64,000 nucleotides of DNA from Fimicolochytrium jonesii (taxonomy: Eukaryota), in NCBI RefSeq assembly GCF_025526975.1, contig NW_026515695.1:248001-312000 (forward strand). The letters run 5' to 3'. A program made the translations under genes and the position numbers. This document shows, in pieces, positions 12,365 to 22,973 of this stretch. The notes under the pieces were generated by a model, which worked only from the letters and a program-made list of their open reading frames with translations, ran no database searches and was not told the DNA's origin. The stretch's first letter is position 1. Each line of letters opens with the position of its first letter.

Positions 12365-12490
12365 CCATCCATCCATCCATCCCTTTCGCATCCTCTTGCA
12401 ACGGCCATACTTCCATCCATCCATCCGTCGACAGGTGTGTATACGCAACGACGCCCGAGCATCCGATAGGCAAGCCATCCATCCATCCAT
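12365..12490. repeat. Three clusters of (TCCA)n/(TGGA)n microsatellite
   Basis: ccatccatccatcc-type runs at about 12365-12382, 12413-12426 and 12475-12490. Confidence 0.85.
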
Positions 12491-12551
12491 TTGCGGCCGG
12501 AGAGTGATGGGGAAAATGTGGGAACCATGGGGTCGGCTCATCTCGTCTCGA

Positions 12552-12862
12552 GGTGGTCGGCCACATGTGATGCCCCTTTGCACGACAGTTATAGCGATAT
12601 CCTGAAGTCATTGAGATCACCTGAGTGAGCATGAGAGCAGTCTGGAAGGCGAAAGGACTACTAGCGAATAGTAGGCGAACCGAGTAGCGACAAACACTTG
12701 GGAGTTTCGACAATTCAAATGTACGCAAACGAAGTCTCGCCATTCTTTCCGACGTCCAACGAACGCTGCACCTCGAACATCGAAAACTGCTCCATGAATC
12801 ACTCCCGAGAGTACGGGTGTACTCTCGGGGAACCGTGACACTCATGATGGGCAGCTCCCACC
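12552..12862 (-). ncRNA. Candidate structured non-coding RNA of unknown family (strand tentative)
   Basis: Nested helices: 12552-56/12858-62; 12608-20/12835-47; 12623-41/12786-804; perfect 11-bp hairpin 12804-14/12819-29; CTACTA/TAGTAG hairpin 12658-74. G-U pairs and several TTCG segments favour the minus strand. AT-rich TATTTTAAA at about 12867-12875, just upstream on minus. Confidence 0.5.
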
Positions 12863-13060
12863 GGTCTTTAAAATACCTGGGAAGCCTATAGGAATCGCTA
12901 TGTGCACATTTTCTCCCATCCCTGGGTGGTTGGGCGCACGCAGTGACACTCCTATCTGGGCTCCTTTCCTTTTCGTCTGCTTGTGTTGGTTGGATGCGAG
13001 CGTTGGGCTTAGTGTTAATCTTTTTTCGTTTCTTTTGTGCGCTCAGACTAAACCGACAAA

Positions 13061-13924
13061 ATGGTCCGCATTTCCGTCCTCAACGACTGCCTGAAGAGCA
13101 TCGTCAATGCCGAGAAGAAGGGCAAGCGTCAAGTCTTGATCCGCCCTTCTTCCAAGGTCATCGTCAAGTTCTTGTCCGTCATGCAGAAGCACGGTGAGTA
13201 GCTAGATCCGAGGTCAGAGTATGGGTGCGGTGCGGAGGATGGGAACGGGCCAGTTGGGGACGGCTGCCTTCATTCGAAGTTATAACTGGACGTCGCCGGA
13301 CGGCGGAAATCGTACGTCAGACTCGGCGATAGTCTTTTAAGATTTCGATACATCGACACGGGCTATTTTTCCTTTCTGAAAAGCGAGGAAAAACGGTCAT
13401 GGGGGTTGTCTTTTGTCCAACCCAGTTTCCTCGGAAATGCTTACTTGTGGGCGACGACATATATGGCTCTCATACATTCGGAGTGATGGAGGAGGCGTTG
13501 GAAGACGGGAGAACTGGGACGAGGGGCGGCGCATGAAATGTTGATGACCGTTTTACTTATCATATCTGTTCTTCCCTACCAAAAAGGCTACATCGGCGAG
13601 TTCGAGATCATCGACGACCACCGTTCCGGCAAGATCGTCATCCAGCTCATCGGTCGCTTGAACAAGTGCGGTGTCATCTCCCCCCGCTTCAACGTCAAGC
13701 AGAAGGACATCGAGACCTGGATCAACAACCTCTTGCCTTCCCGTCAATTCGGTTTCATCGTCTTGACCACCTCCGCTGGCATCATGGACCACGAGGAGGC
13801 CAGGAGGAAGAAGACTGGTGGAAAGGTGTGTACCACTCCCTTTGACGCACCATCACTCTCTCTTCATGTGTACCAACCGTCCTCTCTTCTATCTTTCCCC
13901 TAGATCCTCGGATTCTTCTACTAG
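13061..13924 (+). CDS. RPS22: 40S ribosomal protein S22/S15a (uS8), 3 coding exons
   Basis: Exons 13061-13193, 13587-13825 and 13904-13924: [60 protein letters not shown]...GGK|ILGFFY*. Confidence 0.98.
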
Positions 13925-14714
13925 ATGCACCACTTCGTAAGCGTCGCGTGGATGGGGGTACGGGCGGGAACTCAACCTTTCAGCCGCGTTGGGAAGGAGA
14001 TAGCTTGAAGATGTTACCTTTCCTGCGTTGAATGCGTTGAATGCGTCTTCACACGCACACACACATTTTATGTATATATTGCATGCTTCACGTTCATTGG
14101 TGGACATGGAAAATATGGAATCGTTGACTACCCTCGTCTCTTTAACTTATACTTGTTTGGTGCTTGGTGTTTGATCAGCGAGCATCGTGTTCTTGTGCGT
14201 TGCCTGCTCATTCGCAACCGCTCCGCACAAACAGTTCTGGTTACCGACGCCGGCACAGTTCATCTGGCTGCCACACAATGCGGGGTAGCAGCCCACTGTT
14301 CTATCCATGCCTCGGGAGTTGGAAGTCGGGATTTTGTGGGGCGAGCGATGTGAGGTTGTATACGTAAAAAGGTCAGGATGTGAGGAAAAAGCCACGCAAA
14401 ATGGGCATTGCTCCTTCATTCGGGAAAATGGGGGTGGGTCTGGAGCCTGAGGTCCGGCAGTCGTGGATATTTCGGCCGCCACCCACCGGCAGATTGTCCA
14501 TCGCTGGAATTAACCTTTTCGCAAATCACAGATTAGAGGTGGATTCTGTGGTGTCTGGACGACTCTACATGAGAACCGCCAGTCAAAAAGCGGGCGGCAC
14601 ACGTATTATGTAAGCAAGGCTGAACGCGTTTTTTGCGCGAAGGCCACAACTCCCACCCGATAAAATTGCATGCAGCCGCTGGTCGGCGCTCCACTCACAA
14701 CTCAACCGCAGACA

Positions 14715-14722
14715 TATAAAAG
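14715..14722 (+). promoter_or_regulatory. Probable TATA box of INO1
   Basis: TATAAAAG about 480 nt upstream of the ATG, followed by a pyrimidine-rich leader and a 5'UTR intron (GTAAGT 14865, ACTGAC branch, CAG 15035). Confidence 0.55.
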
Positions 14723-15195
14723 AGAGGTGCAACACTTCTGGCCTGCATTCCAAACGCTCTCCCATCACTCCCATCCTGCTCTCAAATTCGCAACTCTTCT
14801 TCTTGCACTCACTTCCTACCATTCGCTTTCACCCGACCCTTCTGGAGGGACATCGCAAAGACGTGTAAGTGTTCAATGAGATACCGAGCAGCGGCGCCGG
14901 AGCTTGGGGGGGAAGGTTTTTTTTACGTGTTCGGCCGCTGGGTTCAGCTGAGCCTTGTATCCAACGGGCCTCATATGTGACAACGCAGAGGATCCTGCAG
15001 CCGCTGCTTTTTACTGACTTTCGTTCTTCTATCAGACGGCAATCAGCTTTTCTCGGCTCACAACAGGCATAGGGGACAGCGTCGCACCTTCCCCAAACCG
15101 AAAACACACTGAGCTCAAATTGACCACATAAAAGTCTAAACGCAGGCTCACTATTTCCAACTTTCGTCTTCACACACACTACATACACCCCAAAA

Positions 15196-16755
15196 ATGGT
15201 TCAATTCACCGCCACCGCCGCCGGTTCGGCCGAAGCCTTCCAGGTCGATTCTGCCAACGTCGTCTATACCGCTGACCACATCGACTCGACCTACGTCTAC
15301 CGTGACAGCAAAGTCGTCCGCACCGATGACGCCAAGCTCACCGTGGTGCCCACCGAGAAGACCTACCACTTCCGCACGAGCCGCAAGGTCCCCCGTGTCG
15401 GTCTCATGATGGTCGGCTGGGGCGGAAACAACGGCTCAACGCTCACTGCCTCCATCATCGCTAACCGCCAAAAGATCAGCTGGAGGACCAAGGAGGGCGT
15501 CCAGACCCCCAACTACTACGGATCTGTCACCCAGGCTTCCACTCTGAAGCTCGGTGTGGATGAGAAGGGACAGGATGTGTTTATCCCCTTCTCCGACATC
15601 CTCCCCATGGTCCACCCCAACGACCTTGTGCTCGGCGGGTGGGACATCAGCGCCCACAACCTCGGTGCGGCTATGGAGCGCGCGCAAGTCCTCGAATACG
15701 ACCTGCAACGCCAGGTGCGCAAGGAAATGGACACCCTGCAACCTCTCCCGTCCATTTACTACCCTGACTACATCGCCGCTAACCAGTCCGACCGCGCCGA
15801 CAACGTCCTTCCCGGAACTAAAGCCGAGCACCTCGAGAAGATCCGCAAGGACATTCGCGAGTTCAAGGCTAACAACAAGCTCGACAAGGTGATTGTCCTG
15901 TGGACCGCCAACACCGAGCGTTTCTCCGCCATCATCCCCGGCGTCAACGACACCGCCGACGCCCTTCTCGCCTCCATCCAAAACGGCCACGACGAAGTCG
16001 CCCCCTCCACCATCTTCGCCGTCGCCTGCATCCTCGAAAAGACCCCCTTCGTCAACGGATCCCCGCAAAACACCTTCGTCCCCGGATGCGTCGAGCTGGC
16101 CTCCCGCGAAAAAGTCTACATCGGCGGTGACGACTTCAAGTCCGGCCAAACGAAATTCAAATCCGTCATGGTCGACTTCCTCGTCAACGCCGGCATCAAA
16201 CCCATTGGCATCACCTCCTACAACCACCTCGGAAACAACGACGGCAAAAACCTCTCCGCCCCGCAACAGTTCCGCTCAAAGGAAATCTCCAAATCAAACG
16301 TCGTCGACGATATGGTTGCCGCCAACCCGATCCTGTACAAGAAGAACGAACACCCGGACCACATCGTCGTCATCAAGTACTGCCCGGCCGTCGGCGACTC
16401 CAAACGCGCCCTCGACGAATACGTGTCGGAGATCTTCATGGGCGGCCGCAACACCATCTCCACCTACAACGTATGTGAAGACTCCCTCCTCGCGTCCCCG
16501 CTCATCCTCGACTTGGCCATCATCACCGAGCTGATGACGCGGATCGAGTACCGCACCGAGGATATGGAAGAGTATTCGCCGTTCCATGCTGTGTTGTCGG
16601 TGCTGTCGTACATGCTCAAGGCCCCGATGGTCCCGCCAGGAACGCCGGTGGTGAATGCTTTGTCGAAGCAGCGTGCGGCGATGGAGAACATCTTTAGGGC
16701 CTGTGTCGGGCTGCCGCCGCAGAATGATATGATGTTGGAGCACCGTGCCATTTGA
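15196..16755 (+). CDS. INO1: Myo-inositol-1-phosphate synthase
   Basis: Conserved motifs [22 protein letters not shown] and [10 protein letters not shown]; 519 aa uninterrupted; strong codon bias. Confidence 0.99.
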   Translation: MVQFTATAAGSAEAFQVDSANVVYTADHIDSTYVYRDSKVVRTDDAKLTVVPTEKTYHFRTSRKVPRVGLMMVGWGGNNGSTLTASIIANRQKISWRTKEGVQTPNYYGSVTQASTLKLGVDEKGQDVFIPFSDILPMVHPNDLVLGGWDISAHNLGAAMERAQVLEYDLQRQVRKEMDTLQPLPSIYYPDYIAANQSDRADNVLPGTKAEHLEKIRKDIREFKANNKLDKVIVLWTANTERFSAIIPGVNDTADALLASIQNGHDEVAPSTIFAVACILEKTPFVNGSPQNTFVPGCVELASREKVYIGGDDFKSGQTKFKSVMVDFLVNAGIKPIGITSYNHLGNNDGKNLSAPQQFRSKEISKSNVVDDMVAANPILYKKNEHPDHIVVIKYCPAVGDSKRALDEYVSEIFMGGRNTISTYNVCEDSLLASPLILDLAIITELMTRIEYRTEDMEEYSPFHAVLSVLSYMLKAPMVPPGTPVVNALSKQRAAMENIFRACVGLPPQNDMMLEHRAI

Positions 16756-17489
16756 TGGCGCCCTGTGAGGCGAGAACATCAAAACATGAGGGAGAATATA
16801 TGACATAAGCTGTGGTTCGGCCACGGTGATGTCTCCCTCTTCTACCCCCCCTAATCCACATAGACTATAGACTTGTGCGCTTGCCTTCTTTCTTTATGTA
16901 TTTTGAATGACATTTTGGCCCCTGGAGGTCCTCTTGATTTTGCTGTCTGATGCGAATTGTTTGTTTGTTTTGGCGACTATGACATGCACTATGTCGTGCG
17001 TAGAGCTGCTGCTTGTATGGGGCGGACGCCGCGGAGTCCCTGAATGTTGGGGAGCCCCCGAATGTTGCGTCCGTGTGAACTCGGCTTGAGCAGTTCCTGT
17101 TCCTGTTCAGCCGTTGGTGAGCGCGCTTGCTGTCGCGGTGCTGCTGACCGTTTGCTTAGCGTGAAAGGCATCTCGATGAAGGCATCTAGAAAGGCATCTA
17201 GATTTGAGACAGCGACGCATTAGGTCGCTTCCCTCGTCCAAGCAATGAGTCCATTTCCCGAAATGTATGAATAGCGGCTAGTCTAGTGCAAAGTGACGGG
17301 AAAGGAAAGTACGGCGCGCTGTCGAATTTTGTGCAGAGGAAGAACGCTCACCCTAAGTGGAAGAACGCTGGATTGACCGGTGCACGTAAGCAAATTATTG
17401 ACGGGGTGGATTGATCTCTTTCCTTCACCTTGAAGGGAATTACCACTGCAAAAGGAACCGGAACTTTGTTTTCATATTTGTAGAACATC

Positions 17490-20400
17490 ATGCTTGCGGG
17501 AGAGGAGGAGCTGAGCAGCCCGGGAGCCGAGGACGCACCCCTTGCCGAAAGCAAATCGCCAGTGCCTCCTACTGGGGATGAAGCAACCACCCCAGCGACC
17601 GAGAATGAAACAGCAGGGGAAGAGGGAGCTGCAACGGATGGAGAGGCGCCTGCTCCGGTCCTGGACGAAAACGGCGAGCCCATCGCAGACCCGCCCTCAC
17701 CAGCTGAGGGCGACCCGTCACCGCTGGAAGGATCTTCGTCCGCCAACGCATCCCGCCACGCCTCCAATGTCTCCCTCCACCGCGGAGACGTTTCCACCGA
17801 TTGGTACGACCAGCACGAAGTCGAGTTCCAGCTCGAGCAAAAGCAGAAACGTGAAAGTACCCTGACGGAGCTGCTGGACAAGACGAAAGCGCCGCTCCTG
17901 TACTACACGAATTCGAAGAAGGAGGAGAATGTGTTGGAGTACGTGGCGAATTTTGAGAGGCAGTATACGCAGTTGTTTCCGGGACGGAGGGAGTTGATTC
18001 TAGCGCCGCCGAATCAGTTTGGGGTTCCGGTAGGGGGTTGAGGTTGTGTTTGCGAGGATCTGGAAAGCTTTGTGAAAGATGGACTGACATTGGCCATGCA
18101 GAAATTTGTGTGCACAACTGTGCGGGCGACGCACCTGCCATATCGGGATCTGTACGATTATCGTGGATGCGCCCGTTTTGTAGCCGAATACCTGTCCTAC
18201 GTCACCCTTCAGCCGGCGCATGAGCTGGTAAGCGGTCCACAGCGCATGATCAACTTGTCAAAACGACGACCGTAATGTAACTCATCCGCCGATGTTTCAG
18301 CCCTCAATGCTTCCAGGACCTGACTACACCCTCCAGCTCCAACAAGGCAGCGCCTTTGACTACTCCATCCTTCTCGTCTCTCTCCTCCGCGGCGTAGGCT
18401 ATGATGCCTACGTCGTCTCCGGCTACGCAACCCGTGCCGTAACACTAATGGACGAATCCCGGGTCGAGAGTTCCACGGCAGGGATCCCACCCCCCACAGG
18501 CACCAAACCCAGCACGGAAGCGGATACGCCGAGCGTTGCGGTGGATCGGGCGAATGGGGCTGATCAGAATAAGCCGCCGAATAAGTATAAGCTGAAACCG
18601 CCACGGACGTTGAAGAGCCAGTTTTTGGTGAAACAGGATGAGAAGGCGAAGGCGAAGGCGGCGCAGGATGCCGCGGCGGAGAGGAAGAGGTTGTTGGAGG
18701 CTAGAGCGGTACGAGGACAATCGGACTCCCAGTGATGGAGCTGGAGTGCAACAACTTACTGGCGCATGTTGCTTTACTCAACAGCTGGCGGATGATGATG
18801 ATGACGAGCTGAAAGGACTGCGAGTTCATGCATGGGTCCTCGTCCTGCCGGGAAAGCGCGAGGTTGCAGAAGCCTTCTTCATTGGTGCGTGACGGGAGCA
18901 GAACTCGATGCATTCAGTACGCATTGATACTCAAGCATCAAACATCCGCAGAGGCGACGACTGGAGCCGTGTATACCACCGAACACGAAAGCTACTTGGG
19001 CGTGGAATGCGTCTTCAGCTCGGTCAACTTCTGGGTCAATATGCAGGTCTGCTATGAAGGACTGAAGGTATGGACCCGCGCGTTTCCTCAACGGAGGTTC
19101 GAATCTACCGCCTGAATCGATAGCTGAATCCCAATCCTCTTAGGGCATATCCTTCGACCTCGGAGACAATGCCAAATGGGAGTTCGTCCTCCTCGACAAC
19201 GTCCAACCAGGAAGTGATCCCAACGATGACGCAGAAGACCAAGCAAACGATGTCGGGTCAGACGACGGTGCAGGCGGCGGCGAGATTTTGGATCTACCGC
19301 CGTCGTGGGTCGAGAGATTGAGCGTTGACAAGGAGAAGTTCGAGTCGAAGTGCCCGTCTGGGGCAAAGATGATCATGTATCGGGACGCGAGGCATGTGAG
19401 TTTCGCGGTTGTTAAGACTTGGGGAGGGCTCGATTTGTCGAACAATGAAAGTGACATAGATGCTACTAGGAAGTGTACGCAGAGTATTTCCGGAAAGACG
19501 GGATGGTGTCGCGGACCATCTTCTTTGCTGATGACACCATCGGGTTCAATGGCGAGATCCGGGAGATATTCCGGAATAGGAGGTAGGCCGGGCCGAAGTG
19601 TTGTCTTCAGCAGACAAGTGAGACTAAGTGTCCATTCCCCATCTCTCACCCAGAGACAAACTCCGCGAAAGAATCCGAATTCCCTATGAAGGGAGGATTC
19701 ACGAGTTCTTTGATCCAGGCCGACCTTCGGGAATGAAAGAGCACATCATTATTGATGATCGAACAAAAGAGATGCACTTCTATGGAAGCGCGCGGTTTGA
19801 TGGGTTGGTGAAGCGAGTGGATGAGACTATCAAGGTGCGTGGATAGTTAGTCCAGCGCATTGACATCAACGGGGGAGAGAACTGACGATGTCGCTTGCCA
19901 GGTTATTGAGCACTTCACGGACCGGGAGGACAGGCTCGTTTATCGGAGCGTCACTTTTGATGGCGAAGAGGATGATGAGTCGGAGAGAGGGGCGATCTTC
20001 AAAATGGCGGAAAAGCTTGACAGGCATCCAGGTGGGTCCGCTGTTCTTCGGAGATTGTGTCTGGATTGTCATCCTTGTCGTTCCGGCTGACGACTGACAA
20101 ATCACCCTTCACCAGACATCCCGTCACATAAGGATGTCGCAAAGCGGAGCTACTTCCTGAAGGACGACAAGGTGAATTTCATAAGTTAGATGCTACTCGC
20201 GCTCCGCTCGAGCTCATCCAAACTATGTTCTAGATACGAGTGATATACCACCTCGAGGAAGGAAAGATCATTCCATCATCGCGAGAATTCAAAAAACCAA
20301 CCGCAGAGCAGAAGACGCACTTCATCGAAGCAACATCCGAGTTCGAGGTCAATCCGTACCGTAAACCACCAAAGAAGCAAGACCTGTACAGTGAGCTGCT

Positions 20401-21192
20401 GGAATTGCTTCAGGCTGAGCAAAATTGCTTGGCGGCAATCAAGACCTCGGATCGGGAGGTCAACGAGATCTTGAATAACCGGCAAGGGGAGGAGAAGGAG
20501 GTTTTGTTGAATATTTCGGTGCATGATACGCTGAGAAATCAGACGGTCAGTGGGATGAGCAAAAAAAGTTGGGCAGTTCTCGAGGCCTTGGCTGATTTTC
20601 TCTATACGGGTTTGCAGAAACTTCCGTCCGAGGAGAAGAAAGAAACCAGCAAGGACGAAGAGGAGTCCAACAAGACGGATTTGGACTACCTTTCACCCTT
20701 CTTGGTCAGCTATGTAAGTATCCCGCCTGTGTATTCGAGGCAGGGGACATCTCTCCGGGCTAATCACCCCTATTTCCTTACGCAGAGCAATCCCAGCCAC
20801 CTAGCCCGGGAGGAATGCATCGCAATAAAAGACGCATGCCTGAAAGCGTTTAAAGAGCGTTTGATCGAAAAGGCCAACATCATCCAAATCCGCCTCGATG
20901 AAGTTACCGCTGACTACCAGCGACGCCAATTGGCCTACAGCCGGAACGCAGACTCGATGTCGGCTGAAGAGACCGAGGCGTATGTCAAGTATTGCAATGA
21001 TGCGCTGTTCAAAATTCATATCTTGGAGAAGAGGCTTGCTAAGGTAGGTCACTGGTTTGTTGGATCTATGTAGCGAGTACATCGCCTGACTGATGGCATT
21101 TCCAGCACAAGGAGACTGCCCCCGAGCGATATGTGGAGCTGGACTCCAAGCTAAAAGCGGACCCGCGTCTCTCTGCCGCAAAGGTGTCATAA
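17490..21192 (+). CDS. DRC7: Dynein regulatory complex subunit 7 (CCDC135/FAP50), multi-exon
   Basis: FERQYTQLFPGRRELIL, KFVCTTVRAT, FDYSILLVSLLRGVGYDAYVVSGYA, GLRVHAWVLVLPGKREV, YLGVECVFSSVNFWVNMQ, LDLPPSWVERL, DYLSPFL, CLKAFKERLIEKANIIQ, FKIHILEKRL, KLKADPRL; TAA at 21190-21192. Confidence 0.93.
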
Positions 21193-21377
21193 TCCGCTGC
21201 TATTATCTGTCGGTAATCTAATTCGATGTACATTTTCCGTGTTATGAAATATATTCGCTGCATGACATGCAGCAGCTTATATTTGCAAGCAAGATGCAGA
21301 GCGACGGGTGCTGCAGTTTACTCCATCCACGAGCCATCTTACATCTACTCTTCACCAGCGCGGGTATCTGGTGCAGA

Positions 21378-22551
21378 TTATTCGGTGACTGCCTCATAGC
21401 TTGGTGCCGTCCCAGCATGACTCGGCGATGCGGCGTAGTCAGATGTATGAGCCATCTCACTGTGCGCCGGTTCTACATGCCCGTGTCCACCCCAATGAGA
21501 CTGTTCGCTGTGATGGTGGTGTTGATGGGATTTTTCGCTATAATTGTGGTGTTGTTGGGATTGCTCGGCATGATGGTGATGTGCGTGGGATGGCTCCGGG
21601 TGTGCGTGAGGATGAGTATGATGAGACCCGTGGTTCTCATACGTTGGCTCTGGGTATGACGGATTTCCGTCTTGCGGTTGATGCGTCTGTGGGTCTGGCA
21701 CGCTATGCACATCTGACCTGCTCCTACGTCCGCCTCCTACTGGGATCGGAGCTGTGAAGCCCTGCGGTTGACTGGCGGGATACGGACGATGCTGATAGCC
21801 GTTGGGACCACCGTAAGGATGGCGGAGCTCTCGACGATAGGCAACTAGCGCGGTGATTAACATTGCCAAGGCAATTGCTTCAATCACCGCCCCGATCCCT
21901 CCGAACAGGTACATCCAAACGTCGCAATTCTTGTACTCGCATACCTGTAGGTCGGAGTTGGGGTTGGGGTATCGATAACACTCAACCTATTATGATAGCG
22001 TCATGGACCGGTTAGTTCACAGTTTCTGAACCAAGTTTGCTAGATGGGGAAACATGTTCATCTCTCACCGAAGGACACCGGTTCCTTAAATGTGCGCCCA
22101 GAATGAAATATCCAATCCCTGCGAGGCATGTCCCCAAGGCAGCCCCACTGAACACCGCTCGGCGACTTCTTCTGCCGTGCATGCAGCATGAAAGACAGAG
22201 TGCCGAAGGTCCAAAGAAGAACGATATAATAAATGCGACTATGAACGGGCCCCAGAAGCCATCTCTCGACGGAGGCGCATACGGAGCGGGCTGCACGATC
22301 AAATGAACCTGTCCAGGTATGCCGGTGTGTTGAGGATGGTAACCTTGCTGTGGATTGGCATACTGGTTTGGATACTGGTATTGTGGTGTGGGTTGAGGGA
22401 CGATATAGGTTTGAGGTTTGGCGGGATCGTAAGGCTGGGACGGATCAGACGCATGTGGGTAATATACGGTGGCGGGATATCCTGGTTGAAGAGGTGGCAG
22501 GATCTGATGAGGATTCGCATCCGATGGGTAGGGTGGCCCCTGTCCTTGCAT
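21378..22551 (-). CDS. Small multi-pass membrane protein with Pro/Gln/Tyr-rich N-terminus and His-rich C-terminal tail (2 exons)
   Basis: MQGQGPPYP...; about 3 hydrophobic helices; CLSCCMH motif; in-frame splice RDEH|VECYRY; tail HGSHHTHPHAHPEPSHAHHHHAE... Confidence 0.7.
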
Positions 22552-22973
22552 GATGGGACGTACGGCGGAGCCTTCAAATGCAAAGGTTCTTGACGCCCTT
22601 GCAAAGTGATGCGACTTGATGTTCCCCGAATACGGGACTGCAGCGGACCACGAAAACGACAGCGCGAGCACTGTCAGAAATACCCCCATCGAAGCTCACA
22701 TTTTTCCCTAACGACACCCATCGCCTTGCACCTTCCATATTTCGCCTTCCATAGGATGATATTTTATGAGACACATTCTGTTTATGTAAAACCTTTTATG
22801 TCAATGTACATGCTACATAGTGTATATGCTACGACATAAGGATGCTTTGAGAGGTGATTAGTGCACATCCTAATGTGACACTTACGAAGTAACTAGTGCA
22901 GAAAAGAAGGGGTACTACCAGAGGAACACTTCCACAACTAATCTGTACACTACATAGCGCCTCTTCCCACCCA

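Noticed and set aside
12552..12862. Assignment of the structured element to RNase MRP/P, U3, U17/snR30, SRP or hammerhead
   Set aside because: No properly placed GAAAGUCCCC with P2/P3, no U3 box A, no m1 AUAUUCCUA adjacent to m2, no SRP helix-8 motif, no CUGAnGA/GAAA core. Left unassigned.
19090..19112. tRNA T-loop-like GGTTCGAATC
   Set aside because: Lies in a short DRC7 intron; mismatched T-stem and no D arm, anticodon arm or acceptor stem.
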